Of a stretch of 64,000 bases of DNA, positions 52,127-64,000 are shown in pieces; position 1 is the first letter of the stretch; the number at the start of each line of letters is the position of its first letter. A program made the translations under genes and the position numbers. Under the pieces are notes generated by a model. That model was not told where the DNA came from and made no database searches. It worked only from the letters and a program-made list of their open reading frames with translations. Source of the stretch: Eukaryota sp. TZLM1-RC (lineage: Eukaryota > Protista > Metamonada: BaSk clade); contig JAUPSS010000002.1 of the NCBI GenBank assembly GCA_040285825.1, positions 806,001 through 870,000 on the forward strand, in the 5' to 3' direction.

Positions 52127-52919
52127 CTACATCAAAATTGAATCCTGATACAGTATTGGTGATTCAACTCTAGTGTCAATTTCCAACGACATTGAAGAGT
52201 TTGGGGGTTGTACAGTAACAAAATGTATGTTGTTTTCATGACTACGATGTCTATAGCATATATTGTGAGTAAAATCTCGGTGTGAGATCAAAGCAGAATC
52301 ATTCACATAATCTGAACTTAAGGAAGAGCTGAGATCATCCCGCTCCAGAGGCGGGGTTGGAGGACTTGCACTGTTTCGCTGAGACCGTTGCCGTACTGCA
52401 TTGACTCTTTGAGCAATGAAATCAGGAATCAGAGCTGCAGAGTTTGGGGGACATGTCGGTGAGGGATAGTAGACATGATGAGAAATGTTGGATGGCTGGT
52501 GGTTTGATTGATTTGGATGGTTAGAACGTAATATAGGATGTTGCTGAGTTGTTGTGAACAACTTGAAGTTGGAAGTGTTGCCGTTGTGTGGCATTGTTCA
52601 AAATGATGGTTAGGATAACTTCTTCAGCTGGTGATGTGATTCCATGTGTATAAATCACGTGCGTGACAAATGGTGACAATTTGTCACAGGCAAATATGAT
52701 TTCTGTACAGTGAATTTCATTCCAAAAAACGATACGATTCTTTTGTTCTATTACGTACTCTCCATAGTCATTTGGTCCTTGGTGAAAGTCAAAATGTAAA
52801 GTGTTTACCGTTCTGAGAAAACTCAATAGTGTATTGTGATTCCGGGTGTACTTGTGTTTCTTTGTCCTTCGCAATTTTCTTAAAATGTTCAATAATCTTG
52901 GAACCCTTTCAATTGCCAT
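52127..52919 (-). CDS. Hypothetical protein, probably one frameshifted gene (ORFs 52521-52919 and 52127-52594)
   Basis: Two overlapping same-strand ORFs starting at ATG 52919; no family recognised. Confidence 0.35.
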
Positions 52920-52944
52920 TGACAGTCAACTTTTTTCAGCATTA

Positions 52945-55900
52945 TTGATTTATTCATTTAATAGGGAATATGAAAACATGAAATACACAGCTAAAACTCC
53001 ACATCCTCAAAATTTGCCTCCCCTACATTTAATTTATTGAATTTGCACACTTGATTAAATTAAATCATAACTAATGGGACGACTATCATTAAACCAAGAT
53101 TTCCTCTACAAAATCTTGATTTGCTTGCTGTCTAGCTAAAGCTTCTCTAATTCGATTGAAAAACCGCGGTAATCTATTAATAATGGCAAATTGAATCCGT
53201 GAACGCCATAAAAAAATATCAAATCTTTTCATTGTTTTTTCTTTCACCATTTTTTGGAAGTCATCCAAAAAAGTTTCTGCTTCAACTGATAATCTTCCAT
53301 TTATCGAAAATGGGAAAGCAATAAAAACCAGCTGTGTATTTCTATCGATATTTGCATCTTCAATTTCTTTATCATATTTTCTATGTTTTTCTTTTGCTTT
53401 AAAATCCAGAGCAGCCACAGGATTAAGTTTTCTTCTGTGAACCAAAGTATCGTTTGCAACATTACATGAGACAAAGTCAACAATAGCTTCAGAATTATCA
53501 ATCCAATCACAGTATACATCACCTCTATCATCAGAACCAAAATTATTCAGAGAAAGTGTTTCTTTCAGCAGGGGCTCTTTGATACACGATATCCTTGCAG
53601 TTTGTGCCATATTGAAAACAGTGTCTCTAACAGCATCATGTAATGAAGAACGATAAGTTATCAATTTAGAGCAATTTAGAGCATGGCGCAAAGTGAGTTG
53701 AGGTGAATTCGAACAAATACATTTTTCTTTTGATAATAATTGGTTAATGGGGATGTTCAAATATAATCTCATTTTTGTTACAAATGCTTCATTAGTAGCA
53801 CACAATCCAAATCTTCGTGGTACAATGGTTACAAAAAGTGAAGAATCTGACACCTTGTTTTCACAAACACCCTTTTCCAATAACAATGAGTGAAGATCTT
53901 GATTTAAAACAGCCGAGCTGCAAATATTATTATAAAGATCTTTTTCATACATTCCAGTCAATCTTTTCTGTAATGTTCGAAGAGTGTACTTCAAATTTAA
54001 AACATTTTTTTCTGGAATATTGCCATTGAATGATTGGGGAAAACATCGACCCCATTTTTCTACATCAATTCTTGAAATTTCTTCATTTAATGCAAAAACA
54101 GTGGAACTTTGCGTTGTCATCAATAAATCTTCCCAATCTGCAAATCTTTCGGAGAACTCAAAGATTGCATTTCTGCATCCACCAACAAAAGCACACGAGG
54201 TAAGAATAGAAGCCTTCGTCCACCCTAAACCACCATATTGTGGACTAAGGTAAGCATGATCTGGAATTTGAAACATTTTACATCCCAGTAATTGAGACAG
54301 AACTTTTGCACGTAACTCATTAAACTTTTTGAGCCAAAGGTCTAGTGACGAGAGGATTTGTAGATCGAAATATATGATTAAAATTGGAACTAAAACACAG
54401 TCTTATAATGGTAAATTTGATGTGTTTTTTTATATCTAAATTCATCATTCGGTCAATTTTGTCAGAAATTGAGTTCAACTTTTCAAACAATTTTTTGGTA
54501 ATTTCATCATTATTTCCTAAAAACGAACCCAAATGACGAATAGCATCAATTGAATATAATTTGGCTTGAATTTCAATATCATCAATTATTGTGGAAACTG
54601 GAGAATTCGATAACAAAACACATTTAAGTAAATTAAGTCGGAGACCAATTTTGGTAAATAATTCTTTAAAACATACAGTTGCTTTTTTCACAATATTTAA
54701 TTCACCAATAAGCACAACATCATCCATATATGCAATCATTTTTAGTGAAGGAAACATCTGTTGAATTTGCAGTAGAATAGGATGAATGGCCAAACAAAAC
54801 AAAAGAGGTCCTAACGGATCTCCTTGCTTTACGCCACTTGATGAAATCAAAATGTTGTTACCAAAATGTAAATTAGAATATGTGCAATATGTTGATTGAA
54901 AATATGGTATTAATTCTGGCATATATTGCAATAGAGCACCATGGATACTGCGACGACTTAGCGAATTGAAAGCATTACTAAAATCCAATGACATGCAAAC
55001 ATTGGATTCATTTTGACGAAATAAGACATCAGTAGCAAAAATCGCTGAAGAGACTCCATCTGTAGTATTTATACCATATTGAAAGGGTAATAAAATCTTT
55101 TTAGCTTTTTCATTGAACCTGCTTAAGCAACACGCAGAAAAAATATTATGTAAGCTCTCAGAGACTGCAATAGGACGAACATCCATTTTTGAATTTTTGA
55201 CAAGTGCAGTCAAACGAGAACTTCTTAATTCTTCTGGGTACTTGCGTTGACCAGATAATATTTGGTTGAAAAATTTGGTCAATAAACCAAGGCAATCTTC
55301 TGAAGAAATAATCGCGGCTTTTACATGATCAATAGTAATACCAGAAAGTCCGGCATACTTACCACGAGGTCTCTTTTTGATAACCGAAAAAACTTCTGAT
55401 GGCATCAATGGATAATTTTCCCAGTATGTGCCGTAAAAATTTTGATCCATAATAGGATCTTCATAAGGATGAAGTATTTTCAGTTTATCTACTGTATTTT
55501 CATTGTTCGGTGCTTTGACTCCGGGACTTAAAGCTGACAAAGCCTTGGACCATTTGTTGTCAAAGCATTTGTCTTCAAAAATTTTACTTAATTTCTCGGA
55601 TGACTGATTTCTCGGTGCTATATTAGTTAAATCTTCGGAAATATTAACGAAATTTTGTTCAAAAGGAGGACAAAAGAACCAAAAATTCCCAAATAATATT
55701 GATAGCATACTTTCCTTTACATAATTGATCCAAAAATCTTTGAAAAACGAAAGCAAATTCATTGCATTTGGTCGGATGAATTTCTTGAGGTATTCTTATA
55801 GGAGGATGGTAGTTATCAACTATGCGGCATTTCAAGCAGCGATCAGAAGTTTTTCCTTTTGCATTTTTTCTAAAAGAAATACCACAAGTGTTGCAAGTTT

Positions 55901-57045
55901 TGTGCTTCAATCGATTGCTAACTGGTTTTGCAACAACTTGTGGAGCATTATTTATGGGTTCTACCTTAGACTCTTTCCTTCTAATAAATTTTCTTTTACA
56001 TTTTGTTTCAGAATTTGCCGCATCATTTTTTCCAACATTGGGGCATGTTCGAGCATTATGTCCCTGTTGTCGACACTTTGAGCATCTGTAGGAGCGTGGC
56101 TTTGTTTTTGAACAAACATTTTTTTCATCGTGATTGTCTAAAAATTCTTGATTAGAATTTTTTTTGTCCAAAAATGAAGAGAGAAGAGGTTGAGGAGGAG
56201 AGGTGGAAAGGACGTCTTGAGCATCTTGTTGACTATCGTTCTTTCTTTTGACTCCATTAGAATCAGAAACTGATTCAGGCATCAACAAGAAAGAATAGAA
56301 GCAATGATTTCGGTTCAGCCAGGTTTTAAGTTAAACGGTTATATGTAGAGGAAGAAAAAAAAAATCTCCCCTACATCAAAACAATTAATTACTAAAAATT
56401 CAGAAAATTTCCCAAACGAAGAAAGTGAATCAGAAATTAATTTCACCATTCCCTTAAAAATAGAAAATACAATCCTGTTTTGCCAGTAAACACGATTGAA
56501 AATTCTTCCAGTTATTTCCTTTACTACAACAACAAAGTCATCAAGGAAAGCCATATCAGCCTTACCTAAAGATCCAAACAAAGAAAAACAAGGGACGCAA
56601 ATTATATTGGGCATGAGAATTTTTATTTACTGAGGAAATGGGTTTCGCATATTTAGCAATTTTATATTTTTCGCCTGCAAGAAGGGGATTATTAACATCC
56701 GAGTTGATGAAATGTTCGTTAGAGGAATTACAAGGGTCAATAGACATGGCGTCTAAAATAGTAAAACTACCATTTAAACCGGGAACAACTAGATCACCTC
56801 TTGTCAGACCCATAGAAGCTCTGTTGTAGCGCGTACTATCAATATTGGGGTCATCAAGAATTAATTTCGTTAACAATGGCTCTAAAAAGGAATCTGCTCG
56901 ATATGATTTACACATTACATAAATTAATTCCCTGACGTTATTATGCACTTTACTTCTAAATGTAATGAAATGCTGACAGTTCAATAGATGAGTAACCAAA
57001 AGAGGGTTACCACATTTACAAGTTAAATGATTGGGCAAATTTTGA
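52945..57045 (-). mobile_element. 5'-truncated RLE element, family 3, split by the full-length family-1 copy
   Basis: CKC..HLLNC..HNNVRE..RGDLVV..EKYKIAKY at 56377-57045; the ORF end FDVGE|ANFEDVEF* resumes at 53017 and parallels family-2 FVLGEMDFLDVDL*. Confidence 0.8.
53029..56365 (-). mobile_element. Full-length (3.3 kb) CRE-like RT+RLE non-LTR retrotransposon, family 1
   Basis: 11-bp TSD CTCCCCTACAT at 53018-53028 and 56366-56376; single ORF 56288-53089 with two frameshifts; CCHC knuckle, C4 motif, RT (RPIAV, QYG, YMDD), RLE. Confidence 0.93.
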
Positions 57046-58029
57046 TTGAATATGGTAACAGCCAATTTTGGACTTCGTATCGCAAAATCTTTCTCAATTT
57101 TATCCATCTCATACTTTACTCCTGATTTAAAAATATTAAAGAAGGAGCCTTCAGTCAATGAAGACTTAATTTGGAAAGATTAAGATTATATTAATTTGTA
57201 TTCAAAAGAAGTTTCTGAAAATGCAGTAACGAAAACTTACAATTCTTCGTCATTTCCATTTATTGAAAACGATATTTCATTTTGTTAACAACTGAATATT
57301 TTCACTATTAATATAACAATGACCACTATCGATAAAATTAAAGAACTATTAAACAATATAGAGTTATTACAGCAATCAAAGAAATAAATCCTCATTCCAT
57401 TTGATGTGAAATTCTCAGTCAGTCCTGTGATCCTCTAAGTCCTGTGATCACAAGGGGATTGTGTATTTTAAGTCGTCAAGCCTCAATTCTATTTTGATAA
57501 ACTGCTGAAATTGAACTAGCTGCAATGTTTTTCGAAAATATGTTGACAACGTGTTTTATCAGTTTGAAGTTGGCAGTATAGGGATTGATTATCAATGGAT
57601 GTGTTTGCCTTAAAAGTTTTGTCCTTTTTAATTGAAGAACTGTACGGGTTTTTTCTTCAACCTTTTTCCACATTTTCTTTTTTTTTCACATTGTTTCTTG
57701 GCGGAATTTAAAGAATTTGTTTTAAAAACATTCATAGAATGCATTTTAACTTCATCGTTTCTTCATTGTGTTAAAGTTATCGTCAAAGTGGTTGAGACAA
57801 ATTTGGTAAGAGCTATGCTTTGATGAAAATTTGCAAGAGCATTGGCTGCTTCAATTGCAGGAGACAAACCTCCATTTTCTGAAAAAAAACTCATGAATCT
57901 ACAGGTACACAAAGATTTCTGAATTATTTAAACATAATTATCAACAAAGGTCAACTTGAATATCTTCAAAAATTGAATATATAATAACCTTTGGCAAAAA
58001 TAATATGGAGAATATGTGTGTAACATGCA

Positions 58030-58190
58030 CTAATTTTATTGAACTAAAACACTTGACAAAATAAACTCAGAAATAATGGGACTGAATTCAATGAACCAAG
58101 ATTTCCTCTACAAAATTTTGATATGCTTGTTTTCTCGCCATAGCTTCTCTTATTTGATGAAAGAACCGAGGTAATCTATTAATCATAGTG
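58030..58190 (-). mobile_element. Diverged family-1-like RLE 3' fragment
   Basis: gaaccaagatttcctctacaaaat...gaggtaatctattaat matches the family-1 3' end. Confidence 0.7.
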
Positions 58191-58485
58191 ACGAATAAAG
58201 CGTCCAATTATTAATTTATTTGCAATTAAATAGCTGAAATTTATTCATATATTATCTACTTATTGCTTAAGCAGATTAAAGAACGAAGCAACCAGATTTG
58301 TTGCCTTAAAATTTAGGATAACCACCATATTCAGGATGGAGAGACTATCAACAATGTTCACCACAGTTGATTAGTTCAGGAAGTCCAATCAAAGTTTTGA
58401 ATTTTGATAATGCATACAAACTGGTTAAACAAAGAAAAAATCACATACAAAATTTACAAAAAGTAAAGTACATATACAAAAAGAG

Positions 58486-61400
58486 CTATCTAAACCAAGA
58501 AATAATCCAAAACAAGATTCTTAAAGCAATTAACCCTAACACAACAATGAAAATCCACCTAAACTTATTACCAAGTCTTCTGAGGTAATACTTTGCATAC
58601 TTATCTAGCCTCCAAGGTGCCCACCCTTCCCTTTCAGGTGCAGGCAAAACAGGATTCTCATTTGGTTCAGATCTACCTTTCCCAGCAGGCTTCATTTGAG
58701 CTTCTCTTTTTGTTAACAAATGAACTTCAATGTCCACTTTACCACGCTGACCTTTATACAAGGGATGTCTCATTGGAACCATTTGTCTTCCCAAATAAAG
58801 GCTATCTGAAGATTTGCCAACAGCATTAATTAAAGGCCTTAGATCTAAATTAACTTCTGCCAAGTAATCATTGGGTCTAATCAAACGGGTATCCCAAACT
58901 TGCATGTTTAATCTAACAGCATCACCAACTCTTGCAGTCAAAGGATAAGTGAACCTCCAATTGAAATTACAGTTACCACTAGTAGCCCTCCAATGTGTAT
59001 CAGATCGTTGAAGTGCTTCCTTCCCAACAGATTTGAGGATTCTCGCGCTGCCAGTGAGTCTTGAAGTTGTATAAAGGTCAATCATATCACCTTTGCCAAA
59101 TGGAACCTTCTTTGTGCCCCAAAGAACAACTCGAAGTTCACCTTCAATGCAGGGTGGAGGTGAGAATAATGGTAAAGGATTGGTTCGTGATTCTTCAGGA
59201 GTAATTAGTTCGATCCAACACCTCAATACACCTTGAGCAACTGCTGAACAAGGTGACCAGAGAGTTCTCTTTTCAACAGGCAACTTGCCGTTTTCGGAAA
59301 GTTCCTTGTATTCACGTGATAAGGATCTAAATTCAAGATCAATAATGGTACTGCCAATCAATGAATCAGAAAAGATTGCATTCTTGTCGTAAACAGACAG
59401 ATGCAACTCAGAATCTCCGGGCAAATTAACATCAATTTCAGTTGCATAATAAAATTCAGGATCATTAGTCTTTTTCTGAACCTTATCCATTGCTTTTGTA
59501 CTATTTGGACCAAGCTTAATCACTGGGTAGGGATCACTGTAACCTGAACTGTTTTTTGGAACCAACTTGCTGGCATCAAGATAATAAACACGACATTTTA
59601 ACTTTTTCGGTGCATATAACTCTTTCAAATCATTATTTAAAACTTCAATTTCAGAATCAAATACTCTGACTTTTCCCTTAAAACAACCACACTTGGCATA
59701 AGACGCGGAAAAAAGTTTGAAAAACCGCTTGGCGGCTTTGCCACTTTTCAAATCCCAGAAATCAAATGGTGTTTCATTTAGAAAATCAGTTTCCTCTAAT
59801 TCCGAAACTAACTGTTTCCGACCCTCAAGCACGTCACCTGCAACGTCATCAAACGTGTCAATGTTAAAAGAAAGTCCAGACGTTGGAACTGGCGGAAGAG
59901 ACTTTGAAGAACTGTCACGAGGGGTGGTGATGTAAATAGTCGATCCAAGGGTTAGATTGGTCGAGATTGACTGATTTGATGGTTTCGAAAGGGAAACAGC
60001 AATTTGATTGGTGGTTTCTGGTAGGGTCTCATCCTCCACATAAACGAGGTAATCCTTCTTTTGAACTACATGTTCTTCATCACTGTCAAGGTCCTCTACA
60101 ACGGGTTCAATTTGGTCTGATTTGATTGGGGCTTGATTAACACTTGCCGTAAGTGATATGCAACTAGTTCCAATCAATTTACCCTTGACTTTCTTTGACA
60201 TTTTGTTAAATTTGAGCTTCTTTTCCTTAAAAACCCGCACATCTATCGAAGGGCACCACTCTGGAATTGAGGGTACCTTGACGTTTAACACAAATGTTCT
60301 TAGAATATTGGGATTAAAAGGAGTAGGTGTTTTAGCTTTGGGGGTTTGAATCACGTGATAGTGACTGTCATCGACTTTGGTGATGTCATTTGATTGTAAA
60401 CATTCCAATTTAGGAAAGCGGAATTCCATGAATGAGGCACGAGTTATGTCCAAATCCCGCAGACCAACAGCTTCTATTTCAATCACTTTTTCAATCAAAT
60501 CACACTTGATTTGTGACCTACTACGTGATGGATTCATGGGGGGCGTTTTTAACTGTTGAATCTCCACACTAACCAGCAACTTTCCCAATTCAGGTCCATC
60601 CTGATTGAACCGTAAAGGCAACCAATGCCATGTCGAAGCCTTTCCAAATAACTCTTGCACATCCATAACAGCATAACCAAGATCCTCATCACTTTCAAAT
60701 GCATTCCAATCCTTTAGTTCAAAGGACAGTTTAGGAAGAGGAACTGGCGGAATGTTGAGAGGAATGTCGACAGAAAAGGATTGGAACCAACAAGGGTTTA
60801 AGGTCTTGTGAACGGTAAAAGTTTTGTCGGAATAGGGACCACATTTGACGTTTACATACGGATCAGATAAACCATTTGAATCCATTGGCAGCAAGTCTTC
60901 AGCCCGGATGACATTAATATTGAATGAATACCAGTAGACAGGATAAGGTTCGGGTTTAGGTATTTGATTAATATTAAGGGTAGCGGAAGGAACGATAATA
61001 GCCTTAATTAGCATTGAACCACCGTTATCACCAGTCAAGGAATACCACTTAGGATACCAATCATCGTAATCCATCTCGTCAGCAATCAAATCACTTGCCG
61101 GAATCCTAACAACTCCCCACTCAGAGTCCCTAAACCCCTTCTTGTTGACCCACAATACAAGATCTGAAAGTTGAGTCCTGTCAATGGGGAGAGTTTGGAT
61201 TATTTCATCAAGCATGACATAGGGTTTGCCAAAGCCATTATCAGTCTTCAAGCTTGAAATTTTGCGAATTTCACCCCCAAAGTTAGCCTTTAGGGTATAT
61301 CTATCTGGAAATTCAGCTACTTCACAGAGAGTTACCAAACAACTGTACTGAGTCTGCTCTACTTCGGGAGCAGCCTTTATCTTAGAAACTTCAATACCTC

Positions 61401-62433
61401 CTTCAACTTCTTCCATTGTACACCCCTCTGCTTCAAGAGCAAGGTAGACAGAACCCATGTAATGACCAGTTTTCTGATTGTAGAGGTGGTACCATTTAGG
61501 GGGAAGAGCAGAAGTTACTAGTGATGTAAAGGAAAACTCTAAATTCCCAACAGCCATGTCTCCGGCAATGTTTTTATTATGAAAGGATAGAGTAATTGTA
61601 TCAGACATTGTAGGTGTGACTACTGGTAAACTAATAACCTCATTCCAGAGGGGTGAAAGAGTTTGATTTTGAACTGATGACATGGCTTTTTGGCCTGAAA
61701 AGACAACATTCATGTAAGGATCACAGGTACCAAAGCGATCTAACTTGGGGAATTGGCGACCCTTGAATAACCGAATGTTGAGCTTATAGGGAACAACTTC
61801 CATGCCAGGAGGTCGAATGATGGCATCAGAAAGTTTGGTGGAGGTGGTAAGGTCATCATCAGTATTGGATAGATCATCATCTGCAGGAAGGGACTCACCT
61901 GGGAGTACAACAGCAGTGGATAGACGAAGGAACCCCTGCGCACCAGGAGCAATTTCAGAGTTGGCCAAAGCCACCCAACGACCGATGTAAGCATGGTTGG
62001 GTTCAGCTCTGACCCGTGTGAGGGAGAACTCAAACGAACCAATGAGTAGGTCACGGAAGAGAGAGGATGCGTCTAGCACTTCTACGAGAAGTGACGACTC
62101 GTCAATATCGGAGAGAGACAGCTTTAGTGGAAAGAAGAGAGTTCGGTCCCAGACAGGGTTGGCCGACTTTGGGATTTTAGAAGTATACTCAGTGGTGGTG
62201 CCCCGAGGTGTGGTGAGAGTAGCACGGACAATAGGGTCCCCACACCCACCCTTGGATCGACCATGCAAATCACGACCTTCAAAAACGTGAAGATACGTGA
62301 GAACATCGGTAAGATTAGAGTTGTCACCAAGGGACGCAACATTACGGAATGACACGGCCATAAGTTCATCGACAGTCTCTGGAGCTTCTTCCTCTTCAAA
62401 GAAAAGCTCCTCTTCGTCATCAGAATTCGACAT
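58486..62433 (-). CDS. Ferlin-family multi-C2-domain tail-anchored membrane protein (1315 aa)
   Basis: Multiple C2 domains (DSNGLSDPYV, SDPYPV, IGSTIIDLE), QRSDTHWR..NFNWRF, GKGRSEPN..LPAP.R and C-terminal TM helix. Confidence 0.93.
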   Translation of the reverse strand: MSNSDDEEELFFEEEEAPETVDELMAVSFRNVASLGDNSNLTDVLTYLHVFEGRDLHGRSKGGCGDPIVRATLTTPRGTTTEYTSKIPKSANPVWDRTLFFPLKLSLSDIDESSLLVEVLDASSLFRDLLIGSFEFSLTRVRAEPNHAYIGRWVALANSEIAPGAQGFLRLSTAVVLPGESLPADDDLSNTDDDLTTSTKLSDAIIRPPGMEVVPYKLNIRLFKGRQFPKLDRFGTCDPYMNVVFSGQKAMSSVQNQTLSPLWNEVISLPVVTPTMSDTITLSFHNKNIAGDMAVGNLEFSFTSLVTSALPPKWYHLYNQKTGHYMGSVYLALEAEGCTMEEVEGGIEVSKIKAAPEVEQTQYSCLVTLCEVAEFPDRYTLKANFGGEIRKISSLKTDNGFGKPYVMLDEIIQTLPIDRTQLSDLVLWVNKKGFRDSEWGVVRIPASDLIADEMDYDDWYPKWYSLTGDNGGSMLIKAIIVPSATLNINQIPKPEPYPVYWYSFNINVIRAEDLLPMDSNGLSDPYVNVKCGPYSDKTFTVHKTLNPCWFQSFSVDIPLNIPPVPLPKLSFELKDWNAFESDEDLGYAVMDVQELFGKASTWHWLPLRFNQDGPELGKLLVSVEIQQLKTPPMNPSRSRSQIKCDLIEKVIEIEAVGLRDLDITRASFMEFRFPKLECLQSNDITKVDDSHYHVIQTPKAKTPTPFNPNILRTFVLNVKVPSIPEWCPSIDVRVFKEKKLKFNKMSKKVKGKLIGTSCISLTASVNQAPIKSDQIEPVVEDLDSDEEHVVQKKDYLVYVEDETLPETTNQIAVSLSKPSNQSISTNLTLGSTIYITTPRDSSSKSLPPVPTSGLSFNIDTFDDVAGDVLEGRKQLVSELEETDFLNETPFDFWDLKSGKAAKRFFKLFSASYAKCGCFKGKVRVFDSEIEVLNNDLKELYAPKKLKCRVYYLDASKLVPKNSSGYSDPYPVIKLGPNSTKAMDKVQKKTNDPEFYYATEIDVNLPGDSELHLSVYDKNAIFSDSLIGSTIIDLEFRSLSREYKELSENGKLPVEKRTLWSPCSAVAQGVLRCWIELITPEESRTNPLPLFSPPPCIEGELRVVLWGTKKVPFGKGDMIDLYTTSRLTGSARILKSVGKEALQRSDTHWRATSGNCNFNWRFTYPLTARVGDAVRLNMQVWDTRLIRPNDYLAEVNLDLRPLINAVGKSSDSLYLGRQMVPMRHPLYKGQRGKVDIEVHLLTKREAQMKPAGKGRSEPNENPVLPAPEREGWAPWRLDKYAKYYLRRLGNKFRWIFIVVLGLIALRILFWIISWFR

Positions 62434-62990
62434 TGAAGGTATTGAAGATCAGAATTTTGCTGCTGTGGTTTTCACTGGAAAGGCATTCTATAGCTGAAAT
62501 GTCTATTTCCAATACTTCAACCACATCCACATGTCTAAACTTAACCATCCGGAGATGATAGGCTTAGATCAAAATACCTTGGATTTGAAGACTCTTATTG
62601 AGGTCTTCTAAAAGCCACGGGTGTTGTGTTCAACAAGTATTCACTTACAGCAATCTCCCACTGGTTTCTCGATGCAGAGATATCTCTTGACCAAACCATC
62701 GCACGTTCTGGACCTGCAAAATAGGCTTTAGACTTTTTTCTTTCTCCATTTTCTATGAAGTAAAGGGCTTCATGGAAAACTTTGCAACAGTTCACTTTGG
62801 CAGTTGTATAGTATTTATCTCTATCCTTCACAGTTGGAAATCGAGCCTTGAGATACTTCAGAAAACGCTTTCTTGGTGTTTTCACTCTTTGACGGGATGA
62901 TCCATCTCCTCCTTTCCCAAACCAAATAATCACTTCACGATTTTCAGCCATGTTTTTGATTTTCTGGACAAAATGGCTGAATCTCTTTTG
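62434..62990 (-). pseudogene. Fanzor1 copy E, C-terminal part plus structured 3' region
   Basis: ORF 62595-62951 IIWFGKG..TPRK..DKYYTT..CC..VWSRDISASRN..P.AFRR; truncated upstream by an RLE element. Confidence 0.7.
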
Positions 62991-62994
62991 GCGA

Positions 62995-64000
62995 CGGATG
63001 AAAAAGTCGAAGCGATTAACCCACCCCTCAAAATGCTCTTTTACAAGTTTGACACAAGTATTGACGAAGAAGCAGGGTTAAACCCGTCTGCAATTCCATA
63101 TCAGTTCGTCTTGAACGTTTTCCTAAAACCAACATTTAATAGAATTTTGTGTTAGTGATTATCTGGTGTCTTTGTTGAATGATTTCGGATGCCTTTCTCC
63201 TCAAATATGGTCCAAATGCTTTTCTACCGATATTCAAGAAATTCCACCCAGAAGTTTGATTTCTTCAAGATTTGCAAACGCCAAATTGCAGAAAACAATA
63301 CTGAAAGTTTTGGAAAACTTGGATTTTACTGTACGTCTTAGCTTGGATAAGGAAAAGAATACCGTTTTTGCTAAGTTTTTAATTGATCTTAAGGAAAGTA
63401 GCTCAAGTTGTCTCATTTGCCAAATTCCAAATGTTTACGGTCTATTGTTAAATGACCATCAATGGACAACTGCCTTAAGAATGAGGTGTTTTCTTTAACC
63501 GTGCAGTGTGCCAAATGATTTGATTTGTCGTTGTGGTCAGCTTATCAATCTGAATCATTTATTTAATTGCAAAATTAATATTACATATCGCTTAGTTGTT
63601 CACGATGCTGTTTGAGACCAACTATATGCTATGTGCAAAAATCATTACTTTGAAGCTTTTGTGGAATTTCTTGTGCGTAAGTTGTCACCTGAAAATGAAG
63701 ATGAAAATACTGTTGGGAAACGCCGTCCTGATTTAATTACACCTGGGTCTGATGGTTGATCAAAGTTGTTGATGTTGTCACTGTTGATGTTTGTAAGAAT
63801 TTAGTAATTAATTTTGCTAAGAAGATGAAACTCGGCTTTGCTTTGCTGAGAAGAGCAAAATCAAAAAGTACAACAAACCCTTATCTCAGCTAGGACGTGT
63901 TGAGCAAGTAAAGTACCAGCTGGTTCCATTTACTGTTTCTCTTTTTGGTAACATTGGAATATCTGGCATTAACTTTCTCGAAAGTTTCAGAAGTTTAGTA
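62995..64000 (+). mobile_element. Degenerate RLE non-LTR retrotransposon (family-2-like), runs off the window
   Basis: PQIWSKCF..IQEIP.RSL, CRC..HLFNC, HDAV, RRPDL, AEKSKIKKY motifs with stops. Confidence 0.85.

Noticed and set aside
58367-62497. Short antisense or overlapping ORFs within ferlin (and similar ones in other genes)
   Set aside because: Shadow frames of real CDSs with no motifs.

Overview
AT-rich, intron-poor eukaryotic (protist-like) DNA. About 13 compact host genes are embedded in nested transposon debris. Host genes: hypothetical 2346, SNAPIN-like, an S/T-rich membrane protein, ITPA, ASCC2-like, a UvrD/Srs2-like helicase with one 39-nt intron, two inverted near-identical glycogen phosphorylase copies, DBP2/DDX5, SKA1-like, QRICH2/DUF4795-like, a frameshifted hypothetical at 52127 and a ferlin. 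Mobile DNA: five degenerate Fanzor1 (eukaryotic TnpB-like, RNA-guided) loci plus solo 3'-end fragments; many CRE-like RT+RLE non-LTR retrotransposons, including one full-length 3.3 kb copy with an 11-bp TSD; Ty3/gypsy chromoviruses with very short (~106-118 bp) LTRs; a MULE and a hAT remnant. The most striking unexplained pattern: every Fanzor 3' end that can be located (the omegaRNA-bearing end) lies co-oriented about 60-160 nt upstream of a host start codon. One such case only appears after two nested retroelements are removed in silico. Many single-base frameshifts fall in homopolymers and may be sequencing errors. All homology calls come from motif recognition by eye, not database searches.
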